NCBI GenBank assembly: GCA_963832165.1
Contig: CAWHTE010000005.1
Coordinates: forward strand, 1 to 64,000
Direction of reading: 5' to 3'
DNA from: an uncultured delta proteobacterium
GTDB lineage: Bacteria > Myxococcota_A > UBA9160 > SMWR01
DNA length: 64,000 nt
The position numbers were made by a program, and so were the translations under genes. The notes under the pieces are model-generated. The model did not search any database. It saw nothing but the letters and a program-made list of their open reading frames with translations, and was not told the DNA's origin. This document shows positions 1 to 10,062 of this stretch, piece by piece. Each line of letters opens with the position of its first letter. Positions within the stretch are counted from its first letter, which is position 1.

Positions 1-265
1 GTTCCGCGACGACGATCACCCCATGAACGACGACGACCACCTGTGGACGGACGAGCAGATCCGCGCGCTCGCGACGACCGAAGGGCCCCTCACCTATACC
101 TGCGCCCCACCCGGCTCGGGCGTTCGGATGGGCATCGACCGCAACCTGGATGGAACTCCCGACGCCCTGCCCGAGCCCGGGGCTGCGCTCTCCCTCGCGA
201 GCGGAATCGCGCTGATCGCGGGCCTGGTGCGCCGGCGAGCGCTCGCTGCGAGCTGCGCGCGTTAG
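1..265 (+). CDS. C-terminal end of beta-propeller/di-heme protein paralog, copy 1 (5' truncated by window edge), with PEP-CTERM-type tail
   Basis: [39 protein letters not shown] nearly identical to the C-termini of copies 2-4; ends LPEPG + hydrophobic helix + RRR. Confidence 0.85.
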   Translation, partial: FRDDDHPMNDDDHLWTDEQIRALATTEGPLTYTCAPPGSGVRMGIDRNLDGTPDALPEPGAALSLASGIALIAGLVRRRALAASCAR

Positions 266-282
266 ACGATCGATAGATCGTC

Positions 283-328
283 TAACTATCTGATTCTATT
301 CCCGTACGAATCCGGTTTCGGGTATATG
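283..328 (+). promoter_or_regulatory. IHF-consensus site (283-295) plus TATA-like -10 box (323-328) upstream of copy 2
   Basis: TAACTATCTGATT is the reverse complement of AATCAGATAGTTA, which fits WATCARNNNNTTR; the arrangement recurs before copies 3 and 4. Confidence 0.55.
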
Positions 329-393
329 CTCCTTCGCGGGCGGCCACTTGCGCACGAGTCCGGTCACGTGCGCCTGGCCGGCGGGGTCTTCCG

Positions 394-3326
394 TTGAAGC
401 GAGCTGCGTTGGCGCTGTGCCTGTTATTGACCCTGGCGGCGTCCGCGCCCGCGCAGCCCTCCTTCATCGCGTTCGAGAGTGGCCCGGTTCGACCGGTCGT
501 GCTCTCGCCGAACGGAGCCCGGCTGTTCGTGGCGAACACTCCCGACAACCGTCTGGAAGTGTTCGACGTACTGCCGGGCGGCTCGCTGAGCCCCGCGTTC
601 TCCGTCCCGGTGGGCATGGAGCCCGTGGCGATCGCCGCGCGCTCCGAAACCGAGGTGTGGGTCGTCAATCACCTCTCCGACAGCGTGAGCATCGTCGATC
701 TCGCGGTGAGCCCGCCGCGCGTCGCGCGTACGCTCTTCGTGGGCGACGAGCCGCGCGACATCGTGTTCGCGGGTACGGGCGGCAACCGCGCGTTCATCTC
801 GACCGCCCATCGCGGTCAGCAGCGCACCGATGCTTCGATCACGGGTGTCACGGGCGCGGGCGATCCGCAGCTCATCACCCAGGGCATCGGCCGCGCCGAC
901 GTGTGGGTGTTCGACGCGACCAACCTCGGCACGGCGGTCGGCGGGCTGCCGGTCCGGATCCTCTCCTTCTTCGCCGACACGCCGCGCGCGCTCGCGACCG
1001 ACGGCACGAACGTGTACGTGGCGGCGTTCCATTCGGGCAACCGGACCACCGTGGTCCACGAGGCCGCGGTGCCGAACGGATTCGCGGTCGGATGCGCCGC
1101 CAACGGAACGGGCACGGGCGTCCCGGGTCCGAGCGACAACGCGGCGCACGTGCCCGCACCCGAGACCGGCATCATCGTGAAGCGCGTCGGCGCCAACTGG
1201 GTCGACTCGCAGGGCTGCACCTGGAACGCATCGATTCCGTTCCAGCTGCCCGATCGCGACGTCTTCGCGTTCGACGCGAACACGCTCGCCGCGGGCCCGG
1301 TGTTCATTGGCGTGGGAACGGTGCTGTTCAACATGGCGATCAACCCCGTGACCGGGAAGATCTACGTCACCAACACCGAGAGCCCGAACCTCACCGCGTT
1401 CGAGGGTCCGGGCATCTACGGCGGCAGCACCGTGCAGGGGCATTTGTCGGAAGCGCGCATCACGGTGCTGAACCCGTCGAACGGCGGCGTCGACCCGCAG
1501 CACCTGAACGAGATCGACTACACGAAGCGCCACACGAATCCGGGCCTGACCGCGCTCGACCACATCGCGATCAACGCGCAGGCCGCGCGAGCCTCGCGAC
1601 GCCGCTCCAGCCGATCGTGTCGAGCAACGGCGCCACGATCTACGTAGCGGCGTTCGGCTCGTCGAAGATCGGCGTGTTCAACGCGTCCGCGATCGAGGAT
1701 CCGAACTTCGAGGAGAATTTCGACGCGGCCACCACGAGCCTCGGCTACATCTCCACTGCGGGGGGCGGTCCCGCGGGCCTCGCGCTCGACGAGAACAACA
1801 ATCGCCTCTACGTGCTCACGCGCTTCGACAACAGCGTGCAGGTGATCGACCCGGCCACGAAGCTCACGCTCGCGACCCACCCGCTCCACAACCCCGAGCC
1901 GACGAGCGTGGTCGCGGGGCGGCCGTTCCTCTACGACGCGCAGCTCACGTCGGCCAACGGCGAGGCGTCGTGCGCGAGCTGTCACATCTTCGGCGACATG
2001 GACGGCCTGTCGTGGAATCTCGGCAACCCCGACGAGAACACCTCGAGCAACACCCAGCCGTCGGCCTCGCCCAACATGCCGGTCGGACAGCCGCCCGGAT
2101 CGAACTGGACGACGTTCCACCCGATGAAGGGTCCGATGACGACCCAGACGCTGCGCGGCATGGCCACGCACGGCGGCATGCATTGGCGCGGCGACCGCGT
2201 GAGTGGGTTCTTCGGCACCGACTCCTGCAACAACTCCTCGCCGAGCCAGTCCCCGTGCAACGAGCCGCACTCGTTCGACAACTTCATCGTCGCGTTCGAA
2301 GGGCTCAACGGGAAGGAAGGCCCCGTCGGCGGATCGGGCTTCATCACGCCCGCGCAGATGCAGCAGTTCCGGGACTTCATGCTCCAGGTGTTCCTGCCGC
2401 CCAACCCGGTGCGACCGCTCAACAACACACTCGGGAGCGCGGCAGCGTCTGGTGAGAACACCTACTTCGGGTGCCTGGCGGTGCAATGCGTGCAGAATGG
2501 CCTCGGCACGACCGACGGGTTCGAAGACTGCGACGGCTGCCACACGCTGGATCCCGCGCGTGGCTTTTTTGGGGCCAGTGGCGAGCAGGTGTCCCAGCTG
2601 CCCCGGAACGTCCCGCAGAACATGAAGGTCCCGCACCTGCGCAACCTCTACACGAAGATCGGCATGTTCTCGGTCGGGACGCAGGGTCCGGTCAGGTGCG
2701 CGGAACGGGCTTCCTGCACGACGGCTCGACCGACACGCTGAGCACGTTCCTGAGCGAGGGGGTGTTCTCGCTGCTTCCGTCGCAGAACGCCAACCTCCAG
2801 CAGTTCCTGTTCCAGTTCCCGAGCGATCTCGCGCCGATCGTGGGCCAGCAGGTCACACTCACGAGCACGAATGCATCCGTCGCGAATCCGCGCATCGATC
2901 TGTTGATCCAGCGCGCGGACACGCCGTTCACGTCGTTCGTGCTCGGCGGTGCGGTCCGCGAGTGCGACCTGATCGTGAAGGGCAACTTCGGCTCGGTCCC
3001 GCACGGGTGGGTGATGCTGCGCGGGACTCCCGCTCTGTGCGAGCAGACCCACACGTGTCTGTTCCGCGGCGACAGCCACCCGCTGAACGACAACGCCCAC
3101 CTGTGGACCGACGAGCAGATCCGCTCGCTCGCGCCGACCGAGGGTCCGCTCACCTACACCTGCGCGCCGCCGGGCTCCGGGCGTGCGCATGGGCATCGAT
3201 CGAAATCTCGACGGAATCCCGGATCAGCTGCCCGAACCGGGCACCTGGCTCTCCCTAACGGGTGGAATCGCGCTGCTCGCAGTGCTCGCGCGACGACGAT
3301 CGGTGTTAGGTCATCTAACTATCTGA
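394..3326 (+). CDS. Secreted YVTN/YncE beta-propeller + di-heme cytochrome c peroxidase-like protein, copy 2, with PEP-CTERM-type tail (frameshifted)
   Basis: Signal peptide; [11 protein letters not shown] propeller motifs; CASCH and CDGCH; HWRGDR, KVPHLRN, FLHDGS. Three single-base indels (~1590, ~2690, ~3182) relative to the intact paralogs; restored end [27 protein letters not shown] at 3324-3326. Confidence 0.85.
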
Positions 3327-3362
3327 TTCCCCTACCAGTTCGCTCTGCGTTCGGGTTATAAG
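3316..3362 (+). promoter_or_regulatory. IHF-consensus site (3316-3328) plus TATAAG (3357-3362) upstream of copy 3
   Basis: Same 13-mer TAACTATCTGATT as at 283; nearly the same spacing to the TATA box. Confidence 0.55.
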
Positions 3363-3427
3363 AGCGCTCGTTGGGAGCCCGCGCGCAGAGTCCGCGCTCA
3401 ACTGCGCGACGGCCGAGGGAGTTCCGC

Positions 3428-6388
3428 ATGCCGCGAGTAGCATTGACCATGTGCGCGTTGCTGTTCACGGTGTCGAGCGCGCTCGCACAGCCCTCCTTCG
3501 TCGCGTTCGAAAGTGGCCCGGTTCGACCGGTCGTGCTCTCGCCGAACGGAGCCCGACTGTTCGTGGCGAACACCCCCGACAACCGGCTCGAAGTGTTCGA
3601 TGTGCAGCTCGGCGGCATGCTGAGCCACGTCTTCTCGATTCCGGTCGGCATGGAGCCCGTGGCCGTGGCCGCGCGCACCAACACCGAGGTGTGGGTCGTC
3701 AATCACCTCTCCGACAGCGTGAGCATCGTCGATCTCGCGGCGACACCGCCGCGTGTCGTACGCACGCTGGTCGTGGGCGACGAGCCGCGCGACATCGTGT
3801 TCGCGGGCACGGGCGGCAACCGCGCATTCATCAGTACGGCCCACCGCGGCCAGCAGCGCACCGATGCTTCGATCACGGGCGTGACGGGCACGGGCGATCC
3901 ACAGTTCACGACGGCGGGCGTGGGACGCGCCGACGTGTGGGTGTTCGACGCGACCAACCTCGGCAACGCGTTCGGTGGCCGGCCGGTCCGGATCCTCACC
4001 TTCTTCGCCGACACGCCGCGCGCGCTCGCCACCAATGGCACCACCGTCTTCGTCGCGGCATTCCACTCGGGCAACCGGTCCACCGTGCTCTCCGAGGCGG
4101 CGGTGCCGAACGGTTTCGCGACCGGATGTGCCGCCGACGGAACGGGCACGGGGGTTCCGGGGCCCAGCGACAACGCGGCGCACGTGCCCGCACCCGAAAC
4201 CGGGATCATCGTGAAGCGCGTCGGCACCAACTGGATCGACTCGCAGGGCTGCACCTGGAACGCGTCGGTCCCGTTTACCCTTCCCGATCGCGACGTATTC
4301 GCGGTCGACGCGAACACGCTCGCCGCGGGACAGATCTTCAGCGGCGTCGGGACGATCCTGTTCAACATGGCGATCAACCCCGTCAGCGGGAGGATCTACG
4401 TCACCAACACCGAGAGCCCGAACCTCACCGCGTTCGAGGGGCCGGGCATCTACGGCGGCAGCACCGTGCAGGGGCATCTGTCCGAGACGCGGATCACGGT
4501 GCTGAACCCGTCGAACGGTGGCGTCGACTCGCAGCACCTGAACAAGATCGACTACACGAAGCGCCACACGAATCCGGGCCTCGCCCTCGCCGATCACCTC
4601 GCGATCAATGCACAGGCCAGCTCGAATCTCGCGACGCCGCTCCAGCCGGTCGTTTCGAGGAACGGAGCCACGATCTACGTGGCCGCGTTCGGCTCGTCGA
4701 AGATCGGCGTGTTCAGCGCGTCCGCGATCGAGGATCCGAACTTCGAGCTGAACTTCGACGCGGCGTCCGCGAGCTCCAACTACATCTCGACCGGAGGCGG
4801 TCCCGCGGGTCTAGCGCTCGACGAGGCGAACAACCGCCTCTACGTGCTCACGCGCTTCGACAACACCGTGCGCGTGATCGATCCGCTCACGAAGGCCACG
4901 CTCGGAACCCACGCGCTCCCCAACCCCGAGCCGACGAGCGTGGTCGCGGGGCGACCGTTCCTCTACGACGCGCAGCTCACGTCGGCCAACGGCGAGGCGT
5001 CGTGCGCGAGCTGCCACATCTTCGGCGACATCGACGGCCTGTCGTGGAATCTCGGCAACCCCGACGGCGACGTCTCGAGCAACACCCAGCCGTCGGCCAC
5101 GCCGAACATGCCGGTCGGACAGCCGCCCGGATCGAACTGGACGACGATCCACCCGATGAAGGGTCCGATGACGACCCAGACGCTGCGCGGCATGGCCACG
5201 CACGGCGGCATGCACTGGCGCGGCGACCGTGTCTCGGGCTTCTTCGGCACCGACGCCTGCAACAACTCCTCGCCGAGCCAGTCGCCCTGCAACGAGCAGC
5301 TCTCGTTCGACAACTTCATCGTCGCGTTCGAAGGGCTCAACGGGAAGGAAGGCCCCGTCGGCGGATCGGGCTTCATCACGACCGCGCAGATGCAGCAGTT
5401 CCGGAACTTCATGCTCCAGGTGTTCCTGCCGCCGAACCCGGTGCGGCCGCTCAACAACTCACTCGCCAGCGGGGCACAGCTTGGCCAGAGCACCTACTTC
5501 GGGTGCCTGGAGGCGCAATGCGCGCCGAGCGGCCTCGGCACGACCGACGCGTTCGAAGACTGCGACGGCTGCCACCCGCTGGATCCCGCGCGCGGCTTCT
5601 TCGGTGCGGCCGGCGAGCAGGTGTCTCAGTTGGACCGGAACGTCCCGCAGAACATGAAGGTCCCGCACCTGCGCAACATGTACGCGAAGATCGGCATGTT
5701 CTCGGTCGCGGGCGATCAGGTGCGCGGTACCGGTTTCCTGCACGACGGCTCGGTCGACACCCTGAACACCTTCCTGGCCGAGGGCGTGTTCTCGCTGACG
5801 GCGGCGCTGCGCGTGGACCTGCAGCAGTTCATGCTCCAGTTCCCGAGCGATCTCGCTCCGATCGTGGGCCAGCAGGTGACGCTCACGAGCGCGAACGCAT
5901 CGAGCGCGAATGCACGCATCGATCTGTTGATCCAGCGCGCGGACACGCCGTTCGCGTCTCTCGCACTCGGCGGTGCGGTCCGCGAGTGCGACTTGATCGT
6001 GAAGGGCACGATCGGCTCCGTTCCGCACGGCTGGGTGATGCTGCGCGGGACTCCCGCGCTGTGCGAGCAGACCCACTCGTGTCTGTTCCGCGGCGACAGC
6101 CACCCGATGAACGACACCACCCATCTGTGGACCGACGATCAGATCCGCGCGCTCGCGACGACCGAGGGCCCGCTCACCTACACCTGCGCGCCGCCGGGCT
6201 CCGGGATGCGCATGGGCATCGACCGCAACCTCGATGGGACCCCCGATCAGGCGTCCCAGCCCCCGCCGCTGATCCCGACCGTGCCGGGACTTTCCCCGCT
6301 GCTGCCGGGTGGCCCGTTGCTGCCGGGAGTGCCGAGCCTGCCCCCGCTGCTGCCGAGCGGTCCACTGCTCCCGGGTCTGGGGCTGTAG
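3428..6388 (+). CDS. Secreted beta-propeller + di-heme cytochrome c peroxidase-like protein, copy 3, with Pro/Leu/Gly-rich tail instead of PEP-CTERM
   Basis: Intact ORF from ATG 3428; signal peptide; CASCH and CDGCH; tail QPPPLIPTVPGLSPLLPGGPLLPGVPSLPPLLPSGPLLPGLGL. Confidence 0.9.
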   Translation: MPRVALTMCALLFTVSSALAQPSFVAFESGPVRPVVLSPNGARLFVANTPDNRLEVFDVQLGGMLSHVFSIPVGMEPVAVAARTNTEVWVVNHLSDSVSIVDLAATPPRVVRTLVVGDEPRDIVFAGTGGNRAFISTAHRGQQRTDASITGVTGTGDPQFTTAGVGRADVWVFDATNLGNAFGGRPVRILTFFADTPRALATNGTTVFVAAFHSGNRSTVLSEAAVPNGFATGCAADGTGTGVPGPSDNAAHVPAPETGIIVKRVGTNWIDSQGCTWNASVPFTLPDRDVFAVDANTLAAGQIFSGVGTILFNMAINPVSGRIYVTNTESPNLTAFEGPGIYGGSTVQGHLSETRITVLNPSNGGVDSQHLNKIDYTKRHTNPGLALADHLAINAQASSNLATPLQPVVSRNGATIYVAAFGSSKIGVFSASAIEDPNFELNFDAASASSNYISTGGGPAGLALDEANNRLYVLTRFDNTVRVIDPLTKATLGTHALPNPEPTSVVAGRPFLYDAQLTSANGEASCASCHIFGDIDGLSWNLGNPDGDVSSNTQPSATPNMPVGQPPGSNWTTIHPMKGPMTTQTLRGMATHGGMHWRGDRVSGFFGTDACNNSSPSQSPCNEQLSFDNFIVAFEGLNGKEGPVGGSGFITTAQMQQFRNFMLQVFLPPNPVRPLNNSLASGAQLGQSTYFGCLEAQCAPSGLGTTDAFEDCDGCHPLDPARGFFGAAGEQVSQLDRNVPQNMKVPHLRNMYAKIGMFSVAGDQVRGTGFLHDGSVDTLNTFLAEGVFSLTAALRVDLQQFMLQFPSDLAPIVGQQVTLTSANASSANARIDLLIQRADTPFASLALGGAVRECDLIVKGTIGSVPHGWVMLRGTPALCEQTHSCLFRGDSHPMNDTTHLWTDDQIRALATTEGPLTYTCAPPGSGMRMGIDRNLDGTPDQASQPPPLIPTVPGLSPLLPGGPLLPGVPSLPPLLPSGPLLPGLGL

Positions 6389-6449
6389 CGAGCGAACTCG
6401 CGCGGATCGCGGCTCGGGTGCGGCAGAGCTGCGCGTTGCGCCTCGCCGC

Positions 6450-6496
6450 TAACTGTCGGTTTTTGCTCCCATTCCAACCGCGGTTTGAGGTATAAC
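6450..6496 (+). promoter_or_regulatory. Degenerate IHF-like site (6450-6462) plus TATAAC (6491-6496) upstream of copy 4
   Basis: TAACTGTCGGTTT (2 mismatches to consensus), same spacing to TATA as before copy 3. Confidence 0.45.
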
Positions 6497-6582
6497 AGGC
6501 GTCCGGGTGGGGATCGACTCGCCGCGCTTCCGCGGCGGGGTAACACTCCGCGTCTACTTCGCCTCTCGAAGGAGCCTGGACC

Positions 6583-9501
6583 ATGAAGCGCGCCGCCCTG
6601 ATCGCGGGACTGTTAGGAATCGCAGCGACCGCATCCGCCGTGCCGCCGGTGCCGAACTTCATCGAGTTCGAAAGCGGGCCCGTGCGTCCGGTCGCGCTCA
6701 CGCCGAGCGGACAGTATCTGCTCGTGACGAACACCCCGGACAACCGTCTGGAAGTGTTCGACGTGCTCGGGAACGGCGGACTCAGCCACACGTTCTCGAT
6801 CCCGGTCGGCATGGAGCCGGTCGCGGTGGCGGCGCGCACCAACACCGAGGTGTGGGTCGTCAACCACCTGTCCGACAGCGTGAGCGTGATCGATCTCGCC
6901 TCGACGCCGCCCAGGGTGGTTCGGACGCTCCTCGTGGGCGACGAGCCGCGCGACATCGTATTCGCGGGCACAGGCGGCAACCGCGCGTTCATCACGACGG
7001 CCCACCGTGGCCAGCACCTCACCAACGCCTCGATCTCCGGCGTGATCGGCGCCGGCGATCCGCAGCTCACGACCCAGGGCGTGAGCCGCGCCGACGTGTG
7101 GGTATTCGACGGGACCAATCTCGGCGCGACGCTCGGTGGCACGCCCGTCCGGATTCTCACGTTCTTCGCCGATACCCCGCGCGCGCTCGCGACCGACGGC
7201 ACGAACGTCTTCGTCGCCGCGTTCCACTCGGGCAATCAGTCGACGGCGATCCTCGAGGTGTGCGTGCGCGATGGCTTCGCTGGCGCGGGCGCCGGGGCGC
7301 CCGACGCCCAGTGCCCGATCCAGACCAACGTGCCGGGCGGCGTGCCCGGGCCCAGCACCAACTGCTGGCAGGATCCCCTGGAGGTTCCCGCCGACCCCGC
7401 CTGCGAGCAGTCCACGGCCGCTCCCGAGACCGGCGTCATCGTCCAGTTCAACGGAGCGACCTGGGTCGATACGCTCAACCGGAACTGGAGCTCCCAGGTC
7501 CCGTTCGTCCTGCCCGACCACGACGTGTTCGCGGTGAACGCGGACACATTCGCTCCGGGGACGATCTTCGACCACGTCGGAACGATCCTGTTCAACATGG
7601 CCCGCAATCCGATCAACGGGAAGATCTACGTCACGAACACCGAGAGCCCGAACCTCACCCTGTTCGAGGGTCCGGGAATCTTCGGCGGCAGCACGGTGCA
7701 GGGACGTCTATCGGAGGCGCGCATCACGGTGCTCAACCCCTCGAACGGTGCCGTCGACGTGCGACACCTGAACAAGCACATCGACTACTCGCTGCGCCAT
7801 ACGAACCCCGCTGTGGACACCCCCGCCGAGCACGCCGCGATCAACGCGCAGGCGGCTCACAGCCTCGCGACGCCGCTCCAGCCGGTCGTATCGAGCGACG
7901 GCAGCACGCTCTACGTGCCTGCCTTCGGCTCGTCGCGGATCGGCGTATTCAGCACGGCCGCGCTCGAGAACAACACGTTCAATCCGACCACCGCGAGCGC
8001 CAACTACATCACGACCACGGGCGGCGGTCCGGCGGGCCTCGTGCTCGACGAGACCAACGACTTCCTCTACGTGCTCACGCGCTTCGACAACACCGTGCAC
8101 GTGATCGATCCCGTCACCAAGGCGACGCTCGCGAGCATCCCGCTGCACAACCCCGAGCCGGCGAGCGTGGTCACGGGCCGGAAGTTCCTCTACGACGCGC
8201 AGGTCACGTCCGCCAACGGCGAGGCGTCGTGCTCGAGCTGTCACATCTTCGGCGACTTCGACAGTCTCGCCTGGAACCTGGGCAACCCGGACGATCGGAC
8301 TACCTCCAACACCCAGCCCTCGGCCACGGCGCTACTCCCGCCCGCGACCACGTTCCACCCGATGAAGGGCCCGATGACCACGCAGACGCTGCGCGGCATG
8401 GCCACGCACGGCGGCATGCACTGGCGCGGCGACCGCGTCGACGGCTTCTTCGGCACCGATCCCTGCAACAACTCGGGGCCGAGCAATTCCCCGTGCGACG
8501 AGTCTCTGTCGTTCCGCAACTTCATCGTCGCGTTCGAAGGACTGGTCGGGAAGCAGGGCACGATCACCAGCCCGCAGATGCAGCAGTTCACCGACTTCAT
8601 CCTGCAGGTGTTCGTGCCGCCGAACCCGGTCACCCCGCTGAACAACACACTTGCCGGCAGCGCTCTGGCAGGCCGGAACAAGTACTTCAGCTGCGGTGCC
8701 GGCGAGTGTCCGCCGCCGTTCCCCCAGCCTCCGGCTGGAACCCTCACCGACACCGTCGAGGACTGCGACGGCTGCCACAACCTGGATCCGGGCCTGGGCT
8801 TCTTCGGCTCGGGCGGCGAGCAGAGCTTCGAGGGCGAGCCCCAGAACGCGAAGGTCCCGCACTACCGGAACATGTACGCGAAGATCGGCATGTTCTCGGT
8901 CGCTGGAAACCAGGTGCGGGGCTTCGGCTTCCTGCACGACGGCGCGATCGACACGCTCAAGACCTTCCACGAGGCGCCGGTTTTCCAGCTCAGCAATACC
9001 GACGAGCTGAATCTCGAGCAGTTCGGACTACAGGCCCCGACCGACCTCGCGCCGATCGTCGGTCAGCAGGTGACGCTCACCTCGACCAACGGCGGCGTCG
9101 TGAACCCGCGCATCGACCTCCTGATCGCGCGCGCCGCGACCGCGTTCCCCTCGTTCATGCTCGGTGGCACCGTGACCGAGTGCGAAGTCGTCGTGAAGGG
9201 CAGCGTCGATGGCCTGCCGCGCGGTTGGGTGCGCGAGTCGAGCGGGTCGTTCCGCGACGACGAGAACACGCTGTGGTCCGACGCGAACGTTCGCGCGCTC
9301 GCCCTGACCGAGGGACCGCTCACCTACACCTGCGCTCCGCCCGGATCGGGCCGGCGCATGGGCATCGACCGCGACCTCGACGGCACGCTCGATGGTCTAC
9401 CCGAGCCCGGCTTTGCGCTCTCGCTCGGGACCGGCGTCGCGCTGCTGGCCGCGCTCTCGCGCCGGCGCGACCGCGGTCGTCAGCGCACGTGGATGAAATA
9501 G
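6583..9501 (+). CDS. Secreted beta-propeller + di-heme cytochrome c peroxidase-like protein, copy 4, with PEP-CTERM-type tail
   Basis: AGGAG RBS; signal peptide; CSSCH and CDGCH; HWRGDR, KVPHYRN, FLHDGA; ends LPEPGFALSLGTGVALLAALSRRR. Confidence 0.9.
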   Translation: MKRAALIAGLLGIAATASAVPPVPNFIEFESGPVRPVALTPSGQYLLVTNTPDNRLEVFDVLGNGGLSHTFSIPVGMEPVAVAARTNTEVWVVNHLSDSVSVIDLASTPPRVVRTLLVGDEPRDIVFAGTGGNRAFITTAHRGQHLTNASISGVIGAGDPQLTTQGVSRADVWVFDGTNLGATLGGTPVRILTFFADTPRALATDGTNVFVAAFHSGNQSTAILEVCVRDGFAGAGAGAPDAQCPIQTNVPGGVPGPSTNCWQDPLEVPADPACEQSTAAPETGVIVQFNGATWVDTLNRNWSSQVPFVLPDHDVFAVNADTFAPGTIFDHVGTILFNMARNPINGKIYVTNTESPNLTLFEGPGIFGGSTVQGRLSEARITVLNPSNGAVDVRHLNKHIDYSLRHTNPAVDTPAEHAAINAQAAHSLATPLQPVVSSDGSTLYVPAFGSSRIGVFSTAALENNTFNPTTASANYITTTGGGPAGLVLDETNDFLYVLTRFDNTVHVIDPVTKATLASIPLHNPEPASVVTGRKFLYDAQVTSANGEASCSSCHIFGDFDSLAWNLGNPDDRTTSNTQPSATALLPPATTFHPMKGPMTTQTLRGMATHGGMHWRGDRVDGFFGTDPCNNSGPSNSPCDESLSFRNFIVAFEGLVGKQGTITSPQMQQFTDFILQVFVPPNPVTPLNNTLAGSALAGRNKYFSCGAGECPPPFPQPPAGTLTDTVEDCDGCHNLDPGLGFFGSGGEQSFEGEPQNAKVPHYRNMYAKIGMFSVAGNQVRGFGFLHDGAIDTLKTFHEAPVFQLSNTDELNLEQFGLQAPTDLAPIVGQQVTLTSTNGGVVNPRIDLLIARAATAFPSFMLGGTVTECEVVVKGSVDGLPRGWVRESSGSFRDDENTLWSDANVRALALTEGPLTYTCAPPGSGRRMGIDRDLDGTLDGLPEPGFALSLGTGVALLAALSRRRDRGRQRTWMK

Positions 9502-9998
9502 CGCCGTAGCGGGAAGTGCGAGCGCTCGGTGGTCTTCATCTCGACGAGATAGGTTCCGGGCTCGAGGTAGTTGGAGTCGATTTCGATCGTCGCGGCGCTG
9601 CGATCGGATTCGAGCGAGCCGGAGAGCTCGAGGATCCGGTGATCAGGCTGTGAGACCAGGCGCACGGGGCGCGGCTCGGCGTCCGCGGACGTCTCGGGGA
9701 GCTCGAGGCTCACGCGCACGGGGCCCGAGCTCGGGAACGCCGAGCGCTCGAGCACGAGCGTCTGGGTCGGTGCGATCGCGTGCGGCTCGGACGGCGCCTG
9801 CGGACTCGCAGGCGCTGCAGGAGATGCGGCGGGTGCGGGCGCGACAGCCGGCCCGGTCGTCTCGCGCGCATGCGCGTTCGATGCTGCCTCGCGCCCGGAG
9901 TCGGGGCGCGTGAGGTAGCCGAGCGCGATCGCGATCAGCATTCCTGCGAACACCGCCGACCACGGCAGCGAGCGGCGGGGAGAGTCCGGGTCGCTCAT
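9480..9998 (-). CDS. Hypothetical membrane-anchored protein
   Basis: ATG 9998; one N-terminal TM helix, Ala/Pro linker, beta-rich C-terminal domain (LEPGTYLVE). Confidence 0.65.
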   Translation of the reverse strand: MSDPDSPRRSLPWSAVFAGMLIAIALGYLTRPDSGREAASNAHARETTGPAVAPAPAASPAAPASPQAPSEPHAIAPTQTLVLERSAFPSSGPVRVSLELPETSADAEPRPVRLVSQPDHRILELSGSLESDRSAATIEIDSNYLEPGTYLVEMKTTERSHFPLRRYFIHVR

Positions 9999-10062
9999 CG
10001 CGAATGACTCTAACGCAGGCGCCGTGCCGCGGAGGGTAAGATGAAACCGCGGGAGGAGTCCC

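Noticed and set aside
394..3326. Copy 2 as a true pseudogene or phase-variable gene
   Set aside because: The three indels are single-base changes in short G/GC runs, and the same kind of defect hits essential genes; sequencing error is more likely
3451..9509. 1014-aa and 1000-aa alternative-frame ORFs over copies 3 and 4
   Set aside because: Arg/Ala/Pro-rich shadow ORFs typical of high-GC DNA; no motifs
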